Shown one piece after another: positions 52,160 through 64,000 of a DNA stretch of 64,000 nucleotides (positions are counted from its first letter, which is position 1; each line of letters starts with the position of its first letter). A program made the translations under genes and the position numbers. The notes under the pieces are model-generated. The model saw only the letters and a list, made by a program, of their open reading frames with translations. It did no database searches and had not been told where the DNA came from. Origin of the DNA: Chiloscyllium plagiosum (lineage: Eukaryota); contig NC_057755.1 of the NCBI RefSeq assembly GCF_004010195.1, positions 10,394,954 to 10,458,953 on the forward strand, in the 5' to 3' direction.

Positions 52160-55100
52160 GTTGAGCAGGACGAACATAATAGTGTTCTCGGGTTTACTAT
52201 CGGTGCCACGAGATAGCGAGGTGAGGAAAGGGTGCAACTTAACATGTGGCTGTGCAGCTGGTGTAGGAGGGAGGGCTTCAGATATGTAGATAATTGAGAT
52301 GCCTTCTGGGTAAGGTGGAACCTGTACAAGAAGGACGGGTCGCATCTGAACTGGAAGGCACCAATGTCCTGGGTGGAAGGTTTGCTCGAGTAGTTCGAGA
52401 GGGTTTAAGCTAGTGTGACGGGGGTGTGGGGACTTGAGCTATATACTGGTGGTAAGAGTTGATGGAGATGAAGCAATAGCAAGAGGTCATGCAGCCAGTG
52501 CGAAGGAATTTTCAGGAAAAGAACCAAGGGATCGGTTAAAGTGTGTTTGCTTTAATGTAAGGAGTGTCAGGAATAACATTGATGAGCTGAGAGCATGGAT
52601 CAGTACTTGGTGCTATGATGTTGTGGCCATAACAGAGACGTGGGTTTCTCAGGGGCAGGAAAGGTTGCTGGATGTTCCAGGGTATAGAACATTTAAAAAG
52701 AATGGGCGGGGGAGAGAGAGGAGGAGAGAGAGGAGGGGGTGTAGCATTGCTAATCACAGAGGGTAACGCAGCTCCAGAAGTTACCATTGTCGAGGAGGGT
52801 CTGTCTACTGAGTCAGTATGGGTGGAAATTAGTAACAGCAAGGGAGCAATCATCTCGTTAGGGTTTACTACAGGCCCCCCAATAGCAGCAGGGAGATTGA
52901 AGGAAGCATAGGTCAACAGATCTTTTGGAAAATGTGTGAATATAGTAGGGTTGTCGTAATGGGTGACTTTAATTTTCCCAATATTGATTGGATCCTCCTT
53001 CGAGCAGATGGTTTGGAAGGAACTGTTTTTGTAAGGTGTGTTCAGGAGAGTTTCCTAACTCAGTACGTTGACAGGCCGACGAGGCGAGAGGCCATTCTAG
53101 ACTTAGTGCTCGGAAACGAGCCGGGCCAGGTGTCAGATCTTGCGGTGGGAGAGCATTTTGGTGATACTGACCACAAATGCCTCACATTCTATATAGCTAT
53201 GAAGAAGGAGAGAAGCAGGCACAATTGGAGGATATTCAATTGGGGAAAAGGAAACTATGATGCTATCAGACGTGAGTTGGGAAGCACGGCCTAGGAGCAA
53301 GTGTTCCATGGAAAGGGCACTATAGATATGTGGAGACTGCTTAAGGAACAGTTGTCGAGAGTGGTGCATAAATGCGTTCCTCTGAGACAGGCAAGAAGGG
53401 GTAAGATAAAGGAACCTTGGGTGACGAGAGCAGAGGAGCTTCTCGTCAAAAGAAAGAAGGCAGCTTACGTAAGGTGGAGGAAGCAAGGATCTTGCTCAGC
53501 TCGAGAGAATTACAGGCAGACAAGGAAAAAGCTCAAAAATAGTCTGAGGAGAGACAGGAGAGCGCACAAAAAATCCTTGGCAGGAAGGATTCGGGAGAAT
53601 CCAAAGGCATTTTACACGTATTTGAGGAATAAGAGAATAGTCAAAGAAAGAGTAAGGCCGATCAGGGATAGCATAAGGAAATTGTGTATTGCGTCTGAGG
53701 AGGTCGGGGAAGCCTTAAATGAGTTTTCTGCTTCTGTCTTTACAAAAGAAATGGATCATGGAGGGAATGAAACCATCGAGGAGCAGGTAAGCATGCTGGA
53801 ACGGATAGAGATTGAGGAAGCTGATGTGCTCAAAATTTTGCCAAACATTAAGATTGACAAGTCGCCAGGGCCAGACCAGATTTGGCCTCAGCTGTTTTGG
53901 GAAGTGTGAAATGTGATTGCTTCACCGCTTGCGAAGATCTTTGCATTCTCACTCTTCACCAGAGTCGTACCTGAGAACTGGAGGGAGGCAAATGAATTCC
54001 TCTCTTCAAGAAAGGCAATAGAGAAATCCCCGGCAATTACATACGAGTAAGTCTCTCATCTGTCGTCTGCAAGGTGTTAGAAAGGATTCGGAGGGATAGA
54101 ATTTATGACCATCTGAAAGAGCATGACTTGATCAAATGCAGTCAGCACGGCTTTGTGAGGGACAGGTCATGTCTCACGAATCTTATTGAGTTCTTTGAGG
54201 ATGTTACTAGACATGTTGATGAGGGTCGAGCGGTGGATGTGGTGTATATGGACTTCAGCAAGGCATTTGATAAGGTTCTCCATGGTAGGCTCGTTCAGAA
54301 GGTCAGGAGGAATAGGATACAGGAAACTTCAGCTGTCTGGATACAGAATTTGGTGGTCGACAGAAGGCAGCGAGTGGTAGTGGAAGGAAAGTATTCTGCC
54401 TGAAAGTCAGTGGTGAGTGGTGTTCCACAGGGCTCTGTTCTTGGGCCTCTACTGTTTGTAATTTTTGTTAATTACTTTGATGAGGAGATTGAAGGGTGGG
54501 TTAGCAAGTTTTCAGACGACACAAAGGTTAGAAGTGTCGTTGACAGTATAGAGGACTGTTGTAGGCTGCAGTGTGACATTGACAGGATGCAGAGATGGGC
54601 TGAGAGGTGGCAGATGGAGTTCAACCTGGATAAATGCGAGGTGGTGCATTTTGGAAGGTCGAAATTGGAAGTTGAGTACAGGATTACGGATGGGATTCTT
54701 GGCAGTGTGGAGCAACAGAGGGATCTTAGTGTGCAGGTACATAGATCCCTTGAAATTACCACCTAAGTGGACAGGGCTGTTAAGAAAGCATATGGTGTTT
54801 TGGCTTTCATTAACAGGGGGATTGAGTTTAAGAGCCGTGACATCTTGTTGCAGCTCTATAAAACTTTGGTTAGACCGCACTTGGAATACTGTGTCCAGTT
54901 CTGGTCACCCTAATATAAGAAAGACGTGGATGCTTTGGAGAGGTTTCAGAGGAGGTTTACCAGGATGGTGCATGGAATGGAGAACTTATCTCACGAAGTG
55001 AGGTTGACTGAGCTCGGACTTTTTTTTCATTCGAAAAAAGGAAGAGAGGGGACCCAATTGAGGTGTACAAAATAATGAGAAACATAGATAGATTTGATAG

Positions 55101-55413
55101 CCAGAAACTTTTTCCCAGGGCAGAAATTGTTAACACAAGGAGTCATAGTTTTAAGCTGTTTGGCGGAAAGTATAGAGGGGATGTCAGAGGTAGGTTCTTT
55201 ATGCAGAGAGTTGTGAGAGCATGGAATCCATTGCCAGCAGCAGTTGTGAAAGCGAGGTCATTGGGGATATTTAAGAGATTGCTGGACATGTATATGATCG
55301 CAGAAATTTGAGGGTTTGTACATTAGTTTTACCTTACATGAGGATCAATTGTCGGCACAACATCGTGGGCTGAAGGGCCTGTTCTGTGCTGTACTGTTCT
55401 ATGTTCTATGTTC
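52160..55413 (+). mobile_element. CR1 LINE (ORF1 tail + APE + RT) inserted in the Gypsy 3' LTR
   Basis: [64 protein letters not shown] tail; same subfamily as 24222-26984. Confidence 0.95.
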
Positions 55414-56598
55414 TAACTTCTCACCTGTTCAAGACTGTACTAAAACTGCTCAGCTCAGCAAGAGAGCTGACCACTCCCCGTTCTTTATACATGTCACTTA
55501 CAAAACCTGGCCACTTTGGCCTGAAGTCTCATCTGTTTACATGTCAACAAAAGGCTTCACAAAATCCGTGCCAACTCTGTACTACACCAGACGTATCGGA
55601 GCTTTTCACTCTGAAAAAAATCAAGGACAGTGTCTCTTTGAGCCAAGGAACAGTTTTTTTTTAAAAAAACTAGCTTTGTGAAACCTCCCCCCTTAAAAAA
55701 ATAAGCCATTAATACCAAAAAAATGGCTTCATTTTAAGCATCTCAAAACCCAGTTAGTAGCCTAAATATACATATACACTATGTTAGCTATAAACATGTA
55801 AACATGCACAACCCCATGCAAATTCAGGCCAAGGAACACACGCCACCAAAAGCCTCTGTCTCTCATTCGAGTCTCGCTAATGCTTTGGCAATCACAATTG
55901 CCACACACACATTTGTCAAATTGAACAGCTGCAAAAAGTTCCATCTGAACAATCTGGCATTTTTGTTCTTATTTTTTGTGATCAGTGTATACGATTGTCT
56001 GAGATGTATTCCTGGTAATGTAATCACTGAAATGTAAAGCCAACACCAAGCCTAAAGTCTCTTTCTCCACCGTTGAATATTTCTGTTGATGAACGTTCAA
56101 CTTCCTGGAACAATACCCAATGGAGATTTCTATTCCCTCATTATTCTCCTGCAGAAGCATCACACTGACATTGGCATCGATACCTACCTTGAAAGGCTTC
56201 GTGTAATCCAGTGAAGCAAATTTTGGGCCGTGGTTAACACAGGTTTTAGGCTATGAAATGTTTTTTGACAGTCCACTGTCCACTGAAACTTATTGGCCTT
56301 TTTAAAATAATTCGGTGAGAGGAGCAACCACACTGCTAAATTTTGGCACAAACTTTTGATAAAATCCATTCAATCCCATTACTGCTTTTTTTGTGTTGAC
56401 GGTGTGGGAAATTCCCCAATTACTTTCATTTTTGCATCTCGTACGACCATTTGTCCATGTCCATTAACATGGCCAAGGAAGGGGATTTGTGCTTTGGCAA
56501 ATTCACTTTTAGGTAGGTTTACCACCAAGCATGCCTTCCAAAGTTGATCGAACAATTCAAATAAATGCTGTAAATGTCCCTTCCATGAATCGCCAGGG

Positions 56599-56825
56599 CT
56601 GAAAAATGTGCTGCTGGAAAAGCGCAGCAGGTCAGGCAGCATACAAGAAGCAGGAGAATCGACATTTTGGGCATAAGCCCTTCTTCAGGAATCTTTCCTG
56701 AAGAAGGGCTTATGCCCGAAAACTCGATTCTCCTGTTCCTTGGATGCTGCCTGACCTGCTGTGCTTTTCCAGCAACACATTTTTCAGCTCTGATCTGCAG
56801 CATCTGCAGTCCTCACTTTCTCCTA
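56599..56825. mobile_element. 227-bp palindromic PLE-derived mini-element
   Basis: ~94-bp arms 56598-56691 and 56695-56788, 3-nt loop; TSD ATGAATC(G/A)CCAGGG at 56585-56598 and 56826-56839. Confidence 0.9.
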
Positions 56826-59800
56826 ATGAATCACCAGGGTACCAATATACACCAGACAGTTGGGTAATCCGGCAACGAACTCATTAGTCAGTCTCTGAAA
56901 TTTGGCTGGAGAATTTTCCATACCAACTGCCATGACATTGAACTTATATCGTTCAGTTTGCATTACAAAAGCCGAAATTGTCTTTGCTCTCTCTCTCTGA
57001 CAAAGGTACTTGCAAATAGCTTCTGACTAAGGCCAACATGTAAATGGAAGTTGCTTATCCCACTTTTTCAACACAGTCCTCCAACCGTGGAATTGGAAAT
57101 GCATCAATCTTCGTTACAGCATTGACTTTGTGATAGTCCACATATAACCATTGGGTAACATCTAACTTTGGCACCATGACTATGGGTGAGCACCAGTCAC
57201 TGTAACTCATTTTGATTATGCCATCTTGGAGCAGACGTTCTATCTCTTTCTGGTCTGTGCCAACTTTAGAAGGTTATGCCTACAAGGATGTAGCTTATTC
57301 GGAACAGCATCTTTATATATACATCAAGCATAATTAAGTTAATACTGCAGTTTATTTCTGCATACTTCTTCATGTGATAGTGATAAGTCTTTCAGGTAAT
57401 TTTGATTTTCTTGTGGAAGGTAAATCGATAATTTATCCCAATTTTTGACAACTTCCTCATTGTCCAATTTGATTTGAGGAGTGTCCAATTCAGAATCCAC
57501 TGAACTTGGATCTTCCTTCTCTGCTGTAATCATTAACACCTTCGCCTCTTGTTTTCCTTCCCTATCAAAATACTTTTTGAGCATATTCACATGGCACACT
57601 CGATGAGATTTCTTGCTCTCTGGAGTCCTTGTCAAGTAGTTCACCTCACTCAATTTCCTCTCAATTTGATAAGGTCCACTAAACCTTGCTTTTAAAGGCT
57701 CACCTGTTACTGGAAGTCACCTTATCCCCAAATAGAAAATTGCGAATTTATTATTTCTTATCCACTTCTTGTTTCATTGTGTGCTGTGATCCGTTTAAAT
57801 GCTGTCTCGTCAACTCTCCAGCTCTGTTTAATCACTCTGTAAAATTTGTCAAATACTTCAAATGGGTGGTCTCTGAATTCTGACTTGCTAATTTTCTCCT
57901 TAATGAGTTTTAATGGTCCTCTTACTTCATGCAAAAAAAAATTAAATGGACTGAACTTGGTCGATTCATTTGGTGAATCGCTGATCACAAAAAGGACAAC
58001 TGCAATTCCCTTATCCCAAACATCTGGATACTCTAAACCATAAGCCCTCAACATGGTCTCTAATGTTTGATGCTATCTCTCTAGTGCACTCTGTAATTAC
58101 GGATGGCACGCAGTATATTTGAATTATTTTATTCCCAAGTTATCCATACCCTCCTTGAATACTTTGGATATGAAATTTGGTCTTTGATCTGACTGAATCT
58201 CTATCGGTAGTCCATATCTTTTAAAAGAAACAAAGTAATTTTCTACAACCCTTTTAGCCGTGATGTTGCATAATGGGATTGCCTCTGGAAATTTACTTGA
58301 TGCATCCATTGTTGTGAATAAATAATCATTCCCACGTTTTGTTTGAGGTAGGGGACCTACACAATCAATGAAGACTCTTGTGAAAGGTTCCTCAAATGCT
58401 GGAATAGTTACTAAACGTGCAGGTCTCATTACTGCCTGTTGTTCTCTGATGAGCTGACATGTATGACACATCTGGCAAATTTCAACGAAAGCTTTGTGTT
58501 TCTCAGGCCAGTAAAAATGTCTTTGCATTTTAGCTTGTGTTTTCCTCACCCCTAAATGACATCCAAGTGATAGTTCATGTGCCATTCGCAGCATTTCCTT
58601 TCTGTATTCTCATGGCGAAACAACTTGATGAATATCTGCCCATATTTCATCTGCTTCCTCATTAAGACCTTATTTGTTAAGTAATAGCACACAGGAATGC
58701 CTTCACTTTTTTTCTCAGCAAATGCCTTTTGCTACAACTGTTTTAACGTGTCATATTTCTGCTGTAATTCAATCAGCTGAGTAGAGCTAAAAATACTTGC
58801 ATGTTTACTTAGTAGCTCCTTCTCTGTTCCAATTATTTGATCGAAGTAAGTTTTGGATAACACTATGTCAGCTTCCTTAGCTGTGTCTTTTGATCTCTCC
58901 TGCTTCAGCTTGTACCTCTGTGCTCTTGTAACCACACAATCAGTTAAGATTCCTGGATAAAGGTTCTTCATTTCTTCAGTTGCCTGCGTCTCCATTGGCT
59001 TTTCAATGAGAGTAGGCAGCACACCTTCCGGTGAATCAGTTAGATCCTTTGCAAGGCCAAACTGTATTCCAAGAGCAAGAGTTTGTCCAATACTCCGACC
59101 ACAAATTCTCCATTCTTCTCTGGACTCTCTAGCCTAAATTTACATAATTGAGTACTTTTTGTCTCATCATGAATTCATGTCACTAGAACCTTCTCTGGCA
59201 ATAGACCATCAAGAACGCAAATCGCCTTATCCTTTAACATTAGAGACTGAGAGGATTCTGTGTCCCTTAGTATTGTAACATCATTACCCTTACATATTAC
59301 TCCGAACTTATGTGAATAAACTTTACCCTTGCATGTATCTATTTTAAGTGGATCTGGCACTTCCTCCTTAATCAACCTCTGATCATCTTGTACACTCTGA
59401 GGGAGTTGTCTCACTTCCTTTGTGCGTTTTGTTACTCCTCCAACAAAACCTCCAGGATTACCTGGAATTCCTACATCTGGCTTTCTCCTAGCCCACCAAT
59501 ACTGTGATTTTGTGTGGGCCACATTATTACAATGAAAACACCGGAGCTTTTTAACTTCTTTGGCCCCCTGAAGGATATTTTTAACCCATGGGAAGTTATC
59601 TTTATGATCTCCACTGCGATATACCTTTCCCTTTCCACGTGAGGATTTCTCTTTGACCCAGTGTCTATCCCTCATGGACTGAAATTGATTCAGGAAGTCA
59701 AAATGTGTTTTATTTACCAGCTCGTAATCATCAGTCACTTCAGCGGCTAACCTTGCTGTTTTAGCTGTCTGCTCTCCCACGAGTTTGGACTACCTCAGAC

Positions 59801-60791
59801 GGTGAGTTTTTGAATTTATCTGAAATGATTACCTCTCTAAGGGCAGCATTAATTTGCTCAATTTAAAAACCTCTTCTCCATCTATCGAAATTATCCTGTT
59901 TGATCTTTTCAAACTCAATATAGGTTTGACCTTGGTCCCTTCTTCAATTCCTGAAACGTTGTCTATATGCTTCCAATACAAGTTCATATGCACTTAAAAT
60001 GGCTTTTTTCACCTCTTCATACTCCCCTGATACCTCCTCTGATAGTGATGCGAATACCTCATTAGCCCTACCTACAAGTTTCTTTTGGATCAACAAAACC
60101 CACATTGCCGCTGGCCACTGCATTTGCTTAGCTGCCTTTTCAAATGAGATGAATAAGACTTCCGCATCCTTCTCATCAAATGTAGACAATATTTGAACAA
60201 ACTTAAGCAGATTCGCACTGGATTTCTGACTTCCAGGCGGTTGCTCATCCTTACTCTCTTCCTCACTAAGCCGACACTTAGCCTTTATATCCAGCCTTTT
60301 GCTTTTTTACGTGTCAGTTTTTGATGTTCAAAACCTCTCCTTTTTTTATTTCTCTGCACTCTCTTTTTCTTTCTCTTCTGCTTCGATCAATAACTCAAAC
60401 TGTTTCATTTCAGCTGCCCTTTCCTTATCTCTCACCTTTATCTCAAGCTGCTTCATTTGCAATTGAATTCTTGCCATTCCTATAGATTCTGATGGTTTCT
60501 ACAGCAAGTTTAAATGCTGAACTACTCCTGTAATATCTCTCCTTTACTCACAGAAGCAGGCATTTGCAATTCCAGCTTCTCTGCTAATTCTTGGCAACTT
60601 GGTCTTATTCAGTTTTTGCAAAACTTCCAAAGTCACCACATCCACATCCACGTCCAGAAATATTTTGGTAACTGAAAAGTCATTCCTACCCCAAGCTTTG
60701 TTGATCCAACCAAACAAACACCCGAAATAAAGACACTAGCACCTACCACCCGCTGTTTAAACTCTTGGACGAGCCCCCAAACTGTTGTGGA

Positions 60792-62174
60792 ATGAGGAAG
60801 TGAGGACTGCAGCTGCTGGAGATCAGAGCTGAAAATGTGTTGCTGGAAAAGCACAGCAGGTCGGGCAGCATCCATGAAACAGGAGAATCGATGTTTCGGG
60901 CATAAGACCTTCTTCAAGAATGAGGAGAGTGTGCCAAGCAGGCTAAGATAAAAAGTAGGGAAGAGGGATTGGGGGAGGGGAGTTGGAAATGCGATAGGTG
61001 GAAGGAGGTTAAGGTGAGGGTGATAGGCCGGAGTGGGGGTGGGGCGGTGAGGTCAGGAAGAAGATTGCAGGTTAGGAATGTGGTGCTGAGTTTGAGAGTT
61101 GGGACTGAGATAGGGTGGGGGGGGGGAATGAGGAAACTGGAGAAATTTGAGTTCATCCCTTGTCGTTGGAGGGTTCCTAGGCGGAAGATGAGGCACTCTT
61201 CCTCTAGCAGTCGTGTTGCTATGGTCTGGCGATGGAAGACTCCAAGGACCTGCAACACGGACATTTTCTATAAACCAACCGACTCCCACAGCTACCTAGA
61301 CTACACCTCCTCCCACCCTGCTCCCTGTAAAAACATCATCCCATATTCCCAATTCCTTCGTCTCGGCCGCATCTGCTCCCAGGAGGACCAGTTCCAATAC
61401 CGAACAACCCAGATGGCCTCCTTCTTCAAAGGCAGCAATTTCGCCCAGACGTGATAAATGATTGCTCTCCACCGCATCTCCTCCACTTCCAGCNCCCACC
61501 AACCCAACCTCCACTCCCGGCACCTTCCCCTGCAACCGCAAGAAATGCAAAACTTGCGCCCACACCTCCCCCCTTACTTCCCTCCAAGACTCCAAGGAAT
61601 CCTTCCATATCCACCACAAATTCACCTGCACCTCCACACACATCATTTACTGCATCCGCTGCACCCGATGTGGCCTCCTCTATATTGGGGAGACAGGCCG
61701 CCTACTTGCTGAACTTTTCAGAGAACACCTCTCGGACACCCGGAACAACCAACCCAACCACCCGATGGCTCAACACTTCAACTCCCCCTCCCACTCCACC
61801 AAGGACATGCAGGTCATTGGATTCCTCCATCGGCAGACCATAGCAAGACGACGGCTGGAGGAAGAGCGCCTCATCTTCCGCTGAGGAACCCTCCAACCAC
61901 AAGGGACGAACTCAGATTGCTCCAGTTTCCTAATGTCCCCTCCCCCATCTTGTCTCAGTCCCAACCCTCGAACTCAGCACCACCTTACTTACCTGCAATC
62001 TTCTTCCTGACCTCTCAGCCCCCACACCCACTCTCACCCTCACCTTAACCTCCTTCCACCTATCACATTTCCAACGCCCCTCACCCAAGTTCCTCTTCCA
62101 TACCTTTTATCTTATCCTGCATGGCACACTCTCCTCATTCCTGAAGAAGGGCTCATGCCCGAAACGTCGATTCT
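60792..62174 (+). mobile_element. Penelope-like element 3' part with inverted 5' pseudo-LTR, inserted in the Gypsy 5' LTR
   Basis: TDIFYKPTDSHSYLDYTSSHP, HIIYCIRCTRCGLLYIGETGR; TSD CTGTT(G/A)TGGA at 60782-60791 and 62175-62184. Confidence 0.92.
62139..62170 (+). ncRNA. Minimal hammerhead ribozyme, intact core
   Basis: tc-CTGAAGA-a-gggc(tcat)gccc-GAAA-C-GTC-ga; stem I is very short. Confidence 0.7.
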
Positions 62175-62289
62175 CTGTTATGGACTGAGCCAAACCAATC
62201 GAAACATTCGTAAGCAGGTAGCCCCAGACCAGTTATTTTGGTGAGTATGCAGTGAAAATTACCCAAAGTATGATAGCTAGATTAAAATG

Positions 62290-64000
62290 AGGACTCCAGA
62301 TCCTGGAGCTCAGAGTCGAGAATGTAGAGCTGGCAAAACGCAGAGGTCAGGCAGCATCCGAGGAGCAGGAGAATCGATGTTTCAGGCATAAGCGCTTCAT
62401 CAGGAATGATGCTGAGAGGTAAATGGGAGGAGGTGGGGTTGGAAGGAAGGTAGCTGGGAAAGCAATAGGTGAATGAAGGTGAGGGAGAAGGTGACAGGTC
62501 AGTGGGGGAGTGATGGACGGGTCCAGAGGGCGATGCTGAGTTGCAGCCTTAGGACTTGGAAAATTTAGGAGGGATAGGAATAAGGAAGCTGTTGAAATCC
62601 ATATTTATCCTGCGTGGTTGCACGGTTCCAAAGCAGAATATGGGGAATTCCACCTCCAGGCATTGATAAGTAATGGTTTGGTAGTGGAGGAGGCCCAGGA
62701 CCTTGCACGTCCTTGATGGAGTGGGAGGGGGAGTTGAAGTGTTCAGCCATGGGTGGGTGGGATTGTTGGGTACGGGTGTCCCAGAGATGTTCTCTGAAAT
62801 GGTCCTATCTCCCCGCCGTAGAGGAGACTACACCGGCTGCAACTGATGCAGTAGAGGTACAGGTAACTTTCTGACCGATGTGGAAGCATTCCTTTTGGCC
62901 TTGGACGGAGGTGAGGGGAATGGTGAGTGCACAGGGTTTGCACTTCCTGCAGTGGTAGGGTAAGGTGCCAGGAGTGGGGTCTGGGCTGGTGGGATTGGGT
63001 ACATGATGAGGGAATCGCGGAGGGAATGGTCATTTTGGAACGCTGATAGGGGTGGAGGGAATGATATCTCTGCTGGTGGGGTCCATTTGGTGGTTTTGGA
63101 AGTGGCGGCAGATGATGCATTGTATGCGGAGCTTGGTGGGGTGGAAGGTGATGACCGGTGTGGGTTCTGTCCTTATTGCATTGGGAGTGGTTGGATTCAT
63201 GGGCAGTGGTGCGCAAAGTAGAGGAGTTGTGCTGGAGATCATCATCAAACACCTTGAATGGAAGTTCCAATCATGGAATAACGAGGCCATCTGGGACTTT
63301 CTGAATTTGAATCGTTCATTCTGTGAACAGAGAGGCGGAGGCAGAGGAATTAGGAATAAGGGATGGCGTATTTCTAGGAGGTGTAGTCTAGGTAGCTGTT
63401 GGAGTCGGTCTGCTTGAACTATATGTCTGTGGTCAATCCATTACCAGAGACAGTGATGGAGAGGTCCAGGAAGCTGAGGGACGTTTCTGACATAGTCCAG
63501 GTGAATGTGATTGGGATGGAAGGTATTGGTAAATTTGATGAACCGTTCAACCTCATTGAGGGAGCACGAGGCAGCGCTGATGCAGTCATCGATATAACAG
63601 AGGAACAGGTGGGCGTGGTGCCGGTGCAACTACGGAAGATCGACTGCTCCACATATTCCACCAACAGGTACACATAACTGGGTCCCATGTGGGTGCACAT
63701 GGCTACCCCTTCGATTTGGTGGGAGTGGGAGGATTAGAAGGAGCAGGTGGACCAGGTCAGCCAGGCGGATGAGGGTGTCAGTGGAAGGGTACTGGTTGCG
63801 ATGGCGTGAGTGATAGAAACAGAGGGATATGAGACCATCGCCATGGAAGATCGATTTGTACAGGAACTGGATGCCCGTGGTGAAGATGAAGTGTTGGGGC
63901 CAGGGAAAGTAAAACCTTGGAGGAGGTGAAGAGCATGGGTGATGTCACGAACCTAGGTTGGGAGCTCCTGGACCAAGAGGGGGGCAGGATGGTGTCGAGG
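62290..64000 (-). mobile_element. Penelope-like element (RT + GIY-YIG), runs off the window end
   Basis: MGPSYVYLLVEYVEQ, LFLCYIDDC, MAEHFNSPSHS; degenerate hammerhead on - at ~62372-62404. Confidence 0.9.

Larger units (their letters stand above)
51823..62290 (-). mobile_element. Gmr1-like Gypsy LTR retrotransposon (gag-PR-IN-RT-RH), decayed, with nested insertions
   Basis: PBS TGGGGGCTCGTCC (tRNA-Pro) at 60767-60779; SCAN-like gag YEEVKKAILSAYELVLEAYRQRFR; zinc knuckle CFHCNNVAHTKSQY; protease ILRDTESSQS; integrase HHCC + IDCVGP/QSDQ at 58124-58594 upstream of RT (~57300-56350) and RNase H (YSTVEKETL); PPT at 55684-55692; 3' LTR ~51823-52160 + 55414-55683; 5' LTR from 60783 and 62176 onward. 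Confidence 0.92.

Noticed and set aside
1..64000. CRISPR arrays, rRNA or genuine tRNA genes, prokaryotic operons
   Set aside because: None seen; the only tRNA-like sequences are the SINE head and the retrotransposon PBS

Overview
Vertebrate genomic DNA, almost certainly a cartilaginous fish (shark), inferred from an HE1-type tRNA-derived SINE, CR1 LINEs with (TTCTATG)n tails, Penelope-like elements (PLEs) and a Gmr1-type Gypsy element. Most of the window is decayed, nested retroelements, and no long intact gene is present. Nearly all six-frame ORFs are TE remnants or noise. The non-TE core (about 15.5-51.9 kb) is a hierarchically duplicated, diverged tandem array that carries a set of candidate + strand, all phase-1 symmetrical exons. 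Two 108-nt exons encode ATG plus a signal-peptide-like sequence. Two exons of 183 and 171 nt encode a hydrophobic segment. Five 66-nt exons encode (V/A)STQx(S/P)W motifs resembling LC8/DYNLL-binding TQT sites. A promoter-like region with 5'UTR-type exons lies upstream at 7.4-8.4 kb. I do not recognise the gene, and its expression is unproven. The PLE termini contain many minimal hammerhead ribozyme motifs, a few with intact cores, including a 227-bp hairpin mini-element. Element boundaries were read by eye and are approximate unless target-site duplications (TSDs) are quoted.
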